A stretch of DNA of 63,972 nucleotides, counting the filler, from Octopus bimaculoides (taxonomy: Eukaryota), in NCBI RefSeq assembly GCF_001194135.2. It is 5 parts of 5 records of this genome, joined end to end, with 100 filler letters (N's around TTAATTAATTAA, not from the genome) between each part and the next. Parts side by side here need not be neighbours in the genome. Positions count along the whole stretch, not along the records: positions 13,405 to 31,134 come from NC_069003.1; positions 31,235 to 41,850 come from NC_068988.1; 3 more parts are not named here. One strand, written 5' to 3'. Shown here piece by piece: positions 22,201 through 35,167 of this stretch. The translations under genes were made by a program, and so were the position numbers. A model generated the notes under the pieces. The model was given only the letters and a program-made list of their open reading frames with translations. It was not told the origin of the DNA and made no database searches. Each line of letters opens with the position of its first letter. The first letter of the stretch is position 1.

Positions 22201-23369
22201 TCACTATCAGTATTAATTACATTGAATGCCCCGCGGCATAGATTTCCTTATAATGGTTTCACTTGAGAGCAAAGTAACGAATAGAATTCTTTATATTAGG
22301 TTTCCCGTTCTTCATCATTACAGGTCCGAACGATAACAAGATGAAAGAGCTGATATAATAATAAACTCTATAGGTGAAGCAAATCACGTTTATTTATCTT
22401 CTCTGTTTTAAAGAACCATCTGTTTAGCCTATTGTTGTTCGCTGATGTTGTTTGTGTATGCATTGGTTTAGACTGGAAAAGAAAGGCAATGCAACCGACC
22501 TTTTGCAGGACTTCCAAAACTGACAAGACGTGTAGGGAAGGGTGGAAGAAACGACAATTTGTGTTACAGCAGACGGAAGAGCCACTTGTGGGTTAAATAA
22601 AACAGCGAAGATGCTTTGTCCTACGCAGAAACTGCAGGAGTTACTCAGCGGTATTACAAGTGCTTCTTCTGAACCCATCGCAGTGTTGGATGCCCTTCCG
22701 TATCTTCAACAGGCATCGGTTGAAGATCTCTGCCACATATTCTAAACCTGTTTCGAATACGTGGGAGAGAATGAACTCCACTAAAGACAGTCTGAAGACG
22801 AGTGAGATTATTAAAGGGGTGAGATGCATTAGGTTACTATTCAGCAACAGGCGTACTCAATCCGACGGATCTCTATTCAACTTTCAGCTACTCATTTTCG
22901 TTCACAATGCTCGGATCAACCCGAAGCTACGACAGCAAAAACATACTCGTATGTGTATATATATNNNNNNNNNNNNNNNNNNNNNNNNNNNNNNNNNNNN
23001 NNNNNNNNNNNNNNNNNNNNNNNNNNNNNNNNNNNNNNNNNNNNNNNNNNNNNNNNNNNNNNNNNNNNNNNNNNNNNNNNNNNNNNNNNNNNNNNNNNNN
23101 NNNNNNNNNNNNNNNNNNNNNNNNNNNNNNNNNNNNNNNNNNNNNNNNNNNNNNNNNNNNNNNNNNNNNNNNNNNNNNNNNNNNNNNNNNNNNNNNNNNN
23201 NNNNNNNNNNNNNNNNNNNNNNNNNNNNNNNNNNNNNNNNNNNNNNNNNNNNNNNNNNNNNNNNNNNNNNNNNNNNNNNNNNNNNNNNNNNNNNNNNNNN
23301 NNNNNNNNNNNNNNNNNNNNNNNNNNNNNNNNNNNNNNNNNNNNNNNNNNNNNNNNNNNNNNNNNNNNN

Positions 23370-23420
<51 letters not shown>

Positions 23421-24639
23421 CGCACTTGGTGCAAGTTGAGTGGGAACCTGGGGCCCACCAAAATTGAACCCGGTTGAGCCCCGTACCTCCTCAGGCCGGC
23501 CCTGAAAAAGACGATATGGTCATGGTTGGAATACTTGCGTTCATAGTTATGCTCTTTCAGGGCTTACTTGGTATTAAACAACAATAATCCATACAGTAAA
23601 AACTATTTATACTAAGACAAACTGATCGAAAAAGAGTTTAATTTCCCTGGTCGCGCACACAGCCTGACGACAGTAGCGGAATGTGAACTAGCAACCCTTA
23701 GGTTGAAATTTCGATATGTCCTTCATCCACTTAGCATGATCGTCAGAGTGGGAGTTAAGAACGCATGTTTTCATCTTTTTGTCCAGCCAACCATTTCAAC
23801 TGAACACACATCGTTGCATCCCACGCACGTAATTCTCGTCACTCGTATTTGTTTAATTCGAATTAAACTGCAACATATCATGTACAATTGCCATTGTTTA
23901 CTACCGGATTCCAGTGATTTATGGCTGCAAGCCTAACATCCTTGTCTCACAGATTAAAATTATTTCATTTGTATGGTTCAGCCTCGACAGCGTTTTTATG
24001 TAAGTATGGAATGAGTCAATAAATTAAAAGAAAGCTGTCCCCGCTCATTAAACAACCGATGGGACTACAATGGCAGAAATGCTTCGAGGTAAATCCGATT
24101 AGCAATTGGTAAGTCTAGCAGATCTCAGTCAGAATTAAACTAGATGAACGATGAAACATGTAAACTTTGATTACCGGCCAAATTTTTCAATCCCTCTGTC
24201 TCGTGTGTTCGGTGTTGAACAAATCAGAATAATTGATTGAGTTTTTGGAAACCTAATGAGTTTCAGATACATACGGCAATGGCAAACCACTTCAAATTAA
24301 CACTTTTGCTGACAGATACAAAGGGTGTCTGTGTTACAAGAGTTGCTCAGAATTATTGCTGCGCGGATTTCTTCTTAATTCCATTTGTAACTACCGTTGT
24401 TAAGCATTTCAAATTATAATGGTCGAATAAGCCGATACATGCGAAGTAAAAGTTTCGCGTCATTCTGATCTGTATCATAGATTTAATTCTACAAAATGTA
24501 TCGGTTGTTTTATCAGCAAATGCTTGTTGTCTCTTTTAACTTCATAATCATAAAACCTCATACTTACACACACACACAAATACAATCACATATGGTCATA
24601 TACACAGACATAAACACACACAGGTATTATGAGTGTGTA

Positions 24640-24703
<64 letters not shown>

Positions 24704-24807
24704 GAGAGAGAGAGAGAGAAATTGATACAGCCACCTAGCCATCCATCTATCCATCTATCCTTACATATGTGTATATATACATGCATACACACATACATAC
24801 GTACGTG

Positions 24808-24865
<58 letters not shown>

Positions 24866-24880
24866 TGTATATATATATTA

Positions 24881-26806
24881 CACCATTCACGTGTTCTGTT
24901 GAGGCTTGGTCTATTTCTATTTTCTATTATTTGTGTGACCTCCGTAATTTGTCCTAGTATTGTGTTTGTTCTATATGCCGATAAGATTCTAAAATGTTAT
25001 CAACCGAGCCTCCACGTACTAATTGAGCATGTTGGTATATTCCTAACGCGGGTTTCTCCTAAATTCCCGACAGTGTCTAATTATCGACTCACCTATGTTA
25101 TGTGCTGTCTCTCCAATATACATCGTTGTCTTGTTTCTGCACCGTCTCTCTATATACCTTATACTATAGACTACATTCTTAGTTTTACAGTTTACCTGTG
25201 GGCTTACTCTACACACTGTACAGTTCCTATCCATACCAGATATTCTTTTTAATGGGTATGTTCTACAGACCAGGGATTTTATGGGGCTTCCTGGCCTTTC
25301 TACTATATTAATCCGTAGAATCATCTTACCTAAGAACTTCGTAAGTTTGCCTTCAAAGCGAATAGAACACCTCAGTATTTCTGGCTTGCATACCATGAAT
25401 TGACCTTACCTATCTTCCTTTTTGTTTTTTCTATGCTTTTCAAAGTTTACTTCTGTATAACGGACGGGTCCCATTTGCGTCATTCCCTGTGATGGTCTTG
25501 CATTCTCTTATGATTCCTTTATAGACTGTGATCTTGTCTCTTTGGCTGTACCCAGAGAAATGCATGCAGTGGATGATGTGTTGTATATGTTTCCCCAATT
25601 CCGTTGGGTTGCATATGCGGAAGACGTTTTTCATCACCCTTATCAAGTCAGCTATTAGGATAGTGAACTTGTTATTATACGCAATTGCTGCGTTCCAGTG
25701 GACCAGGTATTTGGAGGTCATAGGTCTGGCATAGCGCGAATGGAGAATTTTGGCCTCGCTATTCCTAGTTTCCAGCCTCAGTTCAGTGTGTAAAACAGGT
25801 AGTTTGTAGTTGAGGTGCTTACTAGGGATAATCTACTGTTACCCTAATATTCTGGTGGATGGAGTTAACTATTTGTGGATGCTCTCCAAGGTTCTAGCTT
25901 CTATTTCAAGTTCATAGATATTGTCTTGTGGAGGTGTTTTTGGTACTATGTTGATATCAACATAACGGGGGTACATGGTTAGGAGCTCTCAGCTAAGCGT
26001 TTTTGGGTCTCCTATCCCACCATTCCATAAAGGTTAGCCACATCGCCAGTGATACCGACATCCATAGCTGCATACTTTTCTTGCGTGTGTGCGACCACTT
26101 TTCTCACCTGACCATAATTTTCGGAGGTCCGTATCACTCTGCGCCATCCTTTCCATCTTTCTTTGGGGGTTTTCTTGGCCGTTGAGATCATAGTTGGAGG
26201 TCTAGCTCTTACTGGTCTATTGGGGTAGAAACAACTATAGTCGGGTTTGTCTAAGTACTCTTTGTCACATGTCAGTTTATGGAGGAGACCCAGTTCCACT
26301 GTGTCAGTACCACGTAACTCCGCGTCGCACTCATGGTCATCGTCACGCATTTCTTCACTTCAAAATCAACATTGATGGATGGGTATGGGGATACCACATC
26401 CATACTGCCTATTACGCACCTCGTCAGGCTGCAGGCGCAGCTGCTTTCGTTGATTCTGCTGAGGAAGTCTTGTGTGCCGTCACACACATCCGGGGTCATC
26501 TTGGTTAAGGGGCGTATGATCATAGAGAAGAAGAATGAGATTCTGTAATTGCTAGCAATGTTAGCTTCGCAAACCTGTCTTGGTGGTCCTGCCACTGGAT
26601 CGGTGGTCACTTTATGATCCTTGCAGAGTTCATACAGCGCTCGTATGTCGTAATTCGAGGCTTGAAAATTGCGGCTCGTGCATTTCTTTTTCCCCAGGAT
26701 GTTTGACCACATCATCACGTGAGCATTGAGGATCTTTTCTCCTTCCTCATGTGCTCGTAACAACGTTCCAGCAACAATTTTTCAGTGCTTTCAACGGTGT
26801 GGCCAG

Positions 26807-26808
<2 letters not shown>
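24881..26808 (-). mobile_element. Penelope-like element, lineage 1: RT plus C-terminal GIY-YIG endonuclease, 5'-truncated and degenerate
   Basis: Motifs in order on the minus strand: LYELCKDHK...GPPRQVC; IGSMDVVSPYPSI; VGITGDVA; RYVD(D) at ~25953-25967; FSGYS...GTRPLYR; CTVC...NCKTKNVVYSI...MYIGET; FRILSAYR...QITE...LNRTREW. Many stops and frameshifts. Bounded by (TA)n/(TATG)n and (TG)n. Confidence 0.9.
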
Positions 26809-26856
<48 letters not shown>

Positions 26857-26866
26857 NNNNNNNNNN

Positions 26867-27010
26867 ACGGTTCGGCAAAAGAGACCAATAGAGTACGTAC
26901 CAGGCTTAAAAATAAAAATACTGGGATCGATTCATTCGACTAAAAATTCTTCGAGGCGGTGCCCCAGCATGGCCGTAGTCTAATGACTGATACAAGTAAA
27001 AAGATGAAAG
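26867..27010 (+). mobile_element. SINE family B tail
   Basis: CGGTTCGGCAAAAGAGACC...GGTGCCCCAGCATGGCC. Confidence 0.8.
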
Positions 27011-27853
27011 ACAAATAAATATATATAAAAAAAAAGAGAGAGAGAAAGAAATCAAATATCGCCTTCGAAGAGGACTGAACGCAGAATTCGGATCAAGAGG
27101 CAAAAGTAAATAAGGAACGAATGTAATTAATGTATGTTTTGATATTTATATCGGCTTAACGTCGATTTCAGCGGGACGCGTACGTGCGTACGTGTGTGTC
27201 TTCTGTGTGTGTTGTGATGTTGTGAATGTTGTGTGTGCGTGCGAGCATATTTGTTTATATCGGCCTAAATTGAAATTGTATAAAAGAGCTTTGTGAATAC
27301 ATTTATGTAATAGTTTAAAGCGATCCATTAAACGACTGATGTTCCCAGGATTTAGAGAATTAAAGTCAACCACGCTGAGGAATACAGTATAATATCCAAA
27401 GACCATGCTAGAGAATACTAAAATACTGTAATTATACACACTCCGCTGGTTCAATATCGTTTCGATAATCAAAATAATAAATATTTGCAGAACGTTTAAG
27501 CAAACATTTCTAGAGCAGTTTTTTTTTGTCAAGGGGAATAACTCTCATTAGAGTCCTTTCCCTTTGCAACTCAATAACCTTCATGGCGAATTCAAAGTAA
27601 TTTAAAGTCAACAAAAAGTCAAACAATCGACGGTCAATATAAATACCACGAGGTCATCGAGTTTATCTGTGATCAATAATATTCCAATTATGACCATCCT
27701 GTCTTTTGTTTTTCGATTAATGAGCATCTCACGAGGGTATGATATAATGAAAACATATATCATGGCAGCGTTAGTGTGATAATGGTACGTGTATCGAAGG
27801 GTGAACATTCCTAGATTTGGAGATCGATATCTTACAGTTTAGCATGAATATAC

Positions 27854-28024
27854 TTTTCTACTCTATGCACAAGGTCTGAAATTTAGAGGGAAGAGCCAGT
27901 CGATTAGATTGACCCCAGTACGCAACTGGTATTCATTTATCGACCCCGAAAGGATAAAAGGCAAAGTCGACCTCGGCGGAATTTGAACTCAGAACGTGGC
28001 GGCAGACGAAATACCGCTAAGCAT
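27854..28024 (-). mobile_element. SINE family A, head truncated
   Basis: Reverse-complement match to 17660-17842. Confidence 0.85.
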
Positions 28025-28356
28025 ATTATTACCTCCGCTTTAGCGAAGGCAGAAGTATTTTCCATAGTTCTTTACTACGTAAAATATCAGGGAAAGAAAC
28101 TCAACTGTTTCTTAAATACAACTGAAGAAAATGTTTCCCATGAACTCTTAAAATGCTTTCATTACTATTTTGCTTGTATATATTCCCCTACCCTCCAAAA
28201 TAATCTTATATTGACCCTCAGCTGTTATATGGATCCCGGTTGAGAAACACTGATGTAAACCATGAACGAGATGGTTACATGATATTCATATTGGTCACGC
28301 TTGGGAATCCAGCCGGAAAGTCCAATGACAGTTGCTTCCGACAGGACCCTATAGAG

Positions 28357-28966
28357 CAATGCTTCTCAAACAGTTTTTCTCTCCAATAGACCCCTTTTTA
28401 TTCGTATTTTACTCAGATGAACCCTCTTCGCCATTCGATGTTATTTTATAGTTAAATATTATTACCTCCGCTTTAGCGAAGACAGAAGTATTCAGTTCAG
28501 TTGTGTTTGTTTCTTTGTCCATGAACAAGATATCCAACCGTTGGATGGATTCGGATAAAACCTTCAGGGATATTTGGCCTTGAGACTGGCACGAATTGAT
28601 TAGATTTTGGGATCGATCCGATACCGAACAAGGATTTTGGATTATTATTATTTTTTTTTTTTTTTTTTACTTAATTTTTGAGAGCGGTCGGGTTCCTTTT
28701 TAGTATTCTTGTTTGTGAGAACAGTCAAGTTTATTCCAGATATTCTCATTTTAAAAATCATCTCTGGCTAATAGTTAAGAGGATGTTGATGCTGCCTTGG
28801 CAGAGGTTTGCGCTCTCTGAGTGCTCTTGTTCGGAATTGTTTTAAAAATTGTTGAAATATTATTTGTATTGTAGACGTATAACCAATTTATTGCAAATAA
28901 ATTTTAACTACAAAATCTTATATAGACACCACCAAGGGCCACATGGAGCTCGATTGAGAACCACAG
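28357..28966 (+). mobile_element. hAT-type MITE interrupted by a HINE insertion
   Basis: Termini CAATGCTTCTCAAAC ... GATTGAGAACCACAG; 8-bp flanks CTATAGAG / TTGTAGAG (6/8 match, decayed TSD). Confidence 0.65.
28459..28831 (+). mobile_element. Helentron-associated non-autonomous element (HINE/DINE-1-like), copy A
   Basis: 5' TTATTACCTCCGC subterminal repeat plus palindrome, GTTT-type microsatellite, 3' GCAGAGGT complement and terminal stem-loop GCGCTC-TCT-GAGTGC. Confidence 0.75.
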
Positions 28967-29174
28967 TTGTAGAGGATATACCTGAGGACTACCGCAACAA
29001 CCTTCTTAGAAACATTCAACGGACGTGGATGGATGGATGGATAAAAATTCTCTGATGTGTTTAAATAGCTAAACAAAAAAGAACAAGGGAGGTGACTCTA
29101 GTGAGAATAATTTATCGAAATATTTGGACAATAAACCTGCGTAGATAGGAGGGGATCTACTCTACATTGTGTTT

Positions 29175-29538
29175 TTATTACCTTTGTCTTAGCGAGGGCA
29201 GAGGCATTGTTTTCAGTCGTGTCTGTTTGTTTGTTTATTTGTTTGTTGGTTTGTTGGTTTTCCGTGGACAAGATATCTCAAGAACCGCTGGATGGATTCG
29301 GATGAAACTTTCAGGGATGTTTGGCCTCGTGACTGGCACAAACTGATTATTAGACTTTGAGATTGATCGATACCGGACCAGGATTCTGGATTATTTTTCC
29401 TATTTTTTTTTTACTTAATGTTTGAGAGCGGTCGGGTTTATTTCAGATATTCTCATTTTATAAATCCTTTCCAGCTAATCGTTGAGAGGACGTTGGTGTT
29501 GCCTTGGCAGAGGTTTGCGCTCACTGAGTACTCTTGTT
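29175..29538 (+). mobile_element. HINE/DINE-like element, copy B
   Basis: Homologous to 28459-28831 over its length, with an internal deletion. Confidence 0.75.
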
Positions 29539-29670
29539 TTATTTATCTTACACGGCTACTTGGGGTTGGGGGATATATTTGGTTGCTATTTCTAGAAGTT
29601 TGAATGTCCAGGAAATTGTGGGGACGACTAGGCTTAATCCGTGGTTCCGACCTCGTACATACGTCTACAT

Positions 29671-30024
29671 CAAAAGTTCTCAACTGGGATCCATATAGCC
29701 TCTAAGGGTCCATATAAGGCTTTGTGGGGTCCACGCAACAAAATAGTAAATTAGGGATCTACAATAGTATTTTAAGGGCCCCAGGAAAAGATTTTGCTTC
29801 AGATGTATGTGTTGGTATGTATTGCAAGAAACAATTAGGTTTCTTTATCTAACATTTTATATAGTGCAACCTATACAAGATCATGTGTGAGAAAAAAAAA
29901 AGGGGGGAATTTTGGAAGAAGTGCCTATAAAACTAGATTTTAAACATCAACTGGTTATGGGGGTCCACCAGAATAAAATAACAATCAGAAGGGTCTATGG
30001 ATAAAAAATATTTGTGAAACCTTG
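29671..30024 (+). mobile_element. hAT-type MITE with a perfect 8-bp target site duplication
   Basis: GTCTACAT at 29663-29670 and 30025-30032; imperfect TIRs CAAAAGTTCTCAAC / TTTGTGAAACCTTG. Confidence 0.85.
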
Positions 30025-30696
30025 GTCTACATTAATGACGACCATACTCATGGCCCGTGCTCTATTGTTGTTCTAGTAGTAGTAGTAGTAGTAGTAGCTA
30101 TTGTTGTTGTAGTTGTTGTTGTTGCTGTTGTTGATGATGATGTTGCTGCTGTTGCTGCTATTATTTAAATACATGCGACTGGCCTCTCTCTCTCTCTCTT
30201 AATTTATTTCTTTAAATGCATATACGTACATATATATAGCATAAAATCAGTAGTTGCGAGAGGTGAGATAGATTTAAGAGTTTCTTGTGATTTCCATATG
30301 ATTATGACTGCGACCCATTTCGCAACATTCTTCATGTAGTATCAGCTTGGAAACGTCTGAAGTACTCGTACACTTGTGTGCATCTCATACACTTCTCTCC
30401 TTACACTTTTTGCAGCTTTGCACGGGTCTGTGAGCAAGTATCGCCATGAAAACTTTCTCTGTGATGGTCAATACGACGATCACACTCTCTACGCACCTTC
30501 CTTCCAAGCACTGCTGTAAACACCGAAAGTGAGCTAGAACGTTAAAAATTTGTGCGCGTGCACAGCAGAGTTCAAGGTCAATCTTTGCGAAGCGGCTTTA
30601 CTCTGTGTGATTTAGCTTCGTCCGGGTACTTATTGATCAGAACTCGTATATTGGATGTATATAATATATGTGTGTGTGTATGTGTGCGTAGATAGG

Positions 30697-30770
<74 letters not shown>

Positions 30771-31178
30771 CATGCATACATACATACATACATACATGCA
30801 TGCATGCATACATACATACATGCATACATAGGTACATAGGTACATACATACATACGTACATACGAACATACATGCATACATAGGTACATAGGTACATACA
30901 TACATACATACATACGTACATACGAACATACATACATACATACATACATACATACAGATATGCTAGGAAGCACACAATATTTCGTTTTGTAACCAGTATA
31001 ATAAAGTTTTGCAAGTCAATATTGTTCCTTTTAGTGTTAGCAGTACGATATTCTAATTTTTAAGTTTTTCTCAATAGATTTTCTATAGAATTCAAAGCCA
31101 GCATTAAATATATATATATATATATATATATATANNNNNNNNNNNNNNNNNNNNNNNNNNNNNNNNNNNNNNNNNNNN

Positions 31179-31190
31179 TTAATTAATTAA
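31179..31190. other. Artificial TTAATTAATTAA spacer in an N pad
   Basis: Same construct as 13349. Confidence 0.9.
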
Positions 31191-31856
31191 NNNNNNNNNN
31201 NNNNNNNNNNNNNNNNNNNNNNNNNNNNNNNNNNATATATATATATATATTTAATAACGAACCATGTAATTCACACCCTGGAAAATTTATTTCTGTAAAA
31301 TGATTTTCGGTCCCCCAAAAGGGTTTTGTAGTATATTAGGAGGTCACAGGAATTCATTCAACATAAAAAAAATCCCAATGATTCCGGGATGGGGGCCCCT
31401 GTCACCCGAACCAAAATTTGCAGCATATTAAGAAGTCAGGGTACTTGATTCCATGTAAAAATCCGAGTTTTTTCCTTTTACTAATTGAAAATTGTGCAGG
31501 TATTAATCTAAAAATTTACCCTTTGTTTTTCTTTTTTTGCCATTGCTAGACAGGGGACTTCACTCATGTTAGCAAACTTACGGATTTCACCGACGTGGAA
31601 ATTGGTAAAAGTTATGGTTGAACAGCGATTATTACCGCTATCCGCGGGTGCCTCGGGAAAAATAAGTTGACAAAAGCACAGCCCTGGTCTTGACCAATGT
31701 CCTCCTAAGATTGGAGCGACATGCGTGCTAATTTGTGGACGTGCATAAATTACATTCACATACACACGCACATACACACACATACACAAACACACATCCT
31801 GCCTTTTACATATATATATATATATATTGGAAGGTTTGGAGGTGATGTACAGGAAT

Positions 31857-32113
31857 TATATACTAGAAAAAATAATAATAATCAGGTACTCAGATGTCTG
31901 GATGGTTGTACATTTACAGATATTTATTCATATGTCACATGTTTTATAAATTAGCGCCTTCACCTAGTCTTATAGGGTCATCAAATTTTATGACTCTATA
32001 AGACTAGGTGAAGGCGCTAAGTTATAAAACATGTGACATACGGCTAAAAATTTGTAAATGTACAACCATCCAGACATCTGAGTACCTGATTATTATATTT
32101 TTTTCTAGTATAT
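31857..32113. repeat. 257-bp near-perfect palindrome (~125-bp arms, 8-nt loop), TA-flanked; probable MITE
   Basis: 31857-31981 versus the reverse complement of 31990-32113 shows about 9 mismatches by eye; loop CAAATTTT. Confidence 0.9.
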
Positions 32114-32656
32114 ATATATATATATATATGAAGATTGCACCAGGTAGGGTTGGATAAACATGTAGTCACCGCCTACGGTTGATAAATATCAAATAGGGTA
32201 TTCCGGTTGTGTACACAGAGAAAACCAATCCTATAAGTACTCAGCGCCTAGGGGCCGATTGTACGTTGTTGGTATACACCAGGGTGTCCGACGTGTCGTA
32301 AATCCCTATGATGTATTTTAATTAAATGAATAATAACAGACAATGGATAATTGTCAGCTCATTACAGTTGTTTCTTACGCATTTTAAATAGAAGAATGAG
32401 ATCATTACTCCATTCCAAAAACCGTAATCATCAGCTGAAACAAAATTTCAAAAGCAAAAGAATCTCTCAAGAATACAACAGGGACGTGGCTGAAGTCTGT
32501 CGAGGCTTACCATGAAATGGGAGAATGACCAACAAAAGTGGCCTTTGTGATCATTAAGGGGTGAAGTTAGGTTAAGAATTTAGATATGTGAAAGGGTGTA
32601 ATGTGATATTTATGGTCAGCATCACACACACACACACACACACATATATATGCATA

Positions 32657-32733
<77 letters not shown>

Positions 32734-33108
32734 GTTACATACATGTATACATTACATACTCTCATACACGCGCACACACACACCACACACCACACACATA
32801 CATATTGTTGTGCCTGGAGAGAGTCATTACACCAATATTAACAACAAAAGCACTGGTTCAATTCCACTCTCTTATTGTTAATCCTGTAGTTAAACATCTA
32901 CCCAAGTAACCAATCGGCCGTTTGTTTAACGATTGATTAGGTAGTTGGGTAGATATTTAACCAACTGACTAATGATAAAGAAATGAAATTAATATTGGCA
33001 TAATGTCTCTCCCTAGACACAACACAAGTTGTTTCACCACTCGAATTCACATAAAGAATCTGGCAAGCCAAATTATAAAATGAAGTGTAACGCTCGCACG
33101 CGCACGCA

Positions 33109-33150
<42 letters not shown>

Positions 33151-33799
33151 CACACACTTCGTAAAATAAAGATCAGAATTCCATCAGGATGTTACAGAAA
33201 AACGAGGGCAATATCTCAGTGTACTTCTCCATAATTATTGGCTTCAGTACCAGACTCTATAGATGGAGTTTCTTTGCAACTAAAACAAATCGATATCGTC
33301 TGCATTTTCTTGTAGAAATATGCAATTTAAACTATGTCTTTATTTACATTTCGGAGAAAAGATCAAATGCATTTTTTCTTGTGCTCTTGTTAATAATTTG
33401 GCAATATTAATTCTGACGTTAGCAAAGAGCCACACAATTGGTGTGGGATATTAATGTGGTACATTGATTGATTAAACCTCAGAGCAGTATTGAATTTACT
33501 TTATCACCTCAGTTTTAAAAGAATGGAAGGCAAAGTTAACTATGAAGCAATTTAATAACAGCGTAAATATACATAACTAAACAATTTAAATCATTTAAAC
33601 CGACTGAAGAATTCTGGGTAGAAGTTTTTGAAAACAGTGTTGACGGGTTATATTAGTTCACAGACGAAGAAATACTTCCAAAAAGAATATGTTTTCACAA
33701 GATATATAAGATGATAGGGTAATAAGAGAGACGAAACTAAAATGGTTCGGTCTTATAATACGAACATCCAATGATAATGTAGCACTGGTGTTTCTCCAT

Positions 33800-34040
33800 C
33801 TGGTAGTTTCGCTAAGAAATGTGGTCCTGAGTTCTATGAGGATACAAGGTTATCACACCAAGCACAGGAAAACAGAGTCTCTTATCTAAATGGGTGGTAA
33901 TGATTCTGCTAACTGGAGAGAAAGAGAAGGAAGGAAACCCAGAGAAGACTGAACACCTAAGGAACTGACGAAATGACGTGGAAGGATGAAAAGTAATGTG
34001 TGAAGAGATTGAAAAGAGAAGAAAATATGAGAACTTTGTC
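33800..34040 (+). mobile_element. Possible ancient RTE-type LINE 3' remnant
   Basis: Broken translation GEKEKEGNPEKT...EEIEKRRKYENFV is loosely like the RTE C-terminal GxRxRGRPxxTW...E...A.DR..WR.FV. Weak. Confidence 0.25.
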
Positions 34041-34231
34041 ACTCTACAGTCTTGACACATAAAGCGTATGTCTAAAAAAAATTAGAACAAAAACAATATC
34101 AACAACAAAATACTGTTTCCTTTGATACATCATGACTTTGCGTAAGATATTAAATGATGATGATGGTCGTAATGGTAGTGGTGATGCCGGTGATGATGAT
34201 GATGAGGATGATGATGACGATGACGATGAAG

Positions 34232-34290
<59 letters not shown>

Positions 34291-34292
<2 letters not shown>

Positions 34293-35167
34293 TAAAAACA
34301 ATGAGCACCCACCACAAGTTAGCCGTAGCACTCAATGAAGTTATGTCCAACCCTGTGAAAGTCCCAAAGTAGCTTCCAGAATGGATTACATATCTCTTAC
34401 CAAAAACAGAAGAAACTACTATCCCCCACAAAATACCGACTTATAACATGCTTTACCACCGTATATAAGCTATTAACATCTATAATAGCGAATAGAGTAT
34501 ATTAATTCTTGGACAATAGGAAGTTATTCCCAGTGGATGTAAAAGGAGTTCATATGGATGTAAAGACTAATTACTGATTCATAAAATGATCATTGAAAAT
34601 TGCAAATACAAACGCAGAAGGTTAGGACCGCTTGGATAGATTACAAGAAGGCTTTTGACAGTGTCCCCCATGCAGGGATCATCAAGGCCCAGGAAATTTA
34701 CAAGATAGCTCCAACAATTGCGAACTTTTTAAAAGTAATCATGAATTCGTGGAGAACCACCCCCATTTTAAACCACATACAATGATGTACCACCTCTCCA
34801 GACATCAATATCACTTGTGGTATCTTTCAAGGTGACTCATTATCACCATTATTATTCTGTCTCGCTCTGCTTTCTTTATCCACACAACTGAATAATGCTA
34901 TGAGAGCCTATAAGATCTTTAACCAGAAAATTAATCACCTACTCTATATGGATGATCTAAAACTGTTTGTCAAAAACGAAAAAGAATTAGAAAAGCTCTT
35001 GAATATTGCCAAGGAATTCAGCTCTGATATAGGTATAGAATTCGAACTTGATAAACTTGACAACGGCTACTGTCAAGGCAAGGAAGTCCATAAAGTCAGA
35101 AAACATAGAACTCGATACAACCGCAGTTATTCGAAACTTTCTGAGAACCAATGAAGGTGATTGTATC
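34291..35167 (+). mobile_element. R4/Dong-type LINE reverse transcriptase fragment, 5'-truncated at (AAT)n
   Basis: WITYLLPK, WIDYKKAFDSVPH (~34633), GIFQGDSLSPLLF (~34819), LLYMDDLKLF (~34940), then NEGD. Stops and frameshifts present. (AAT)n at 34232-34290 is directly upstream. Confidence 0.92.

Noticed and set aside
24881-26808. In-frame TGA codons as selenocysteine recoding, as in some Naiad PLEs
   Set aside because: TAA/TAG stops and frameshifts are equally common, and the endonuclease is C-terminal; ordinary decay explains it.
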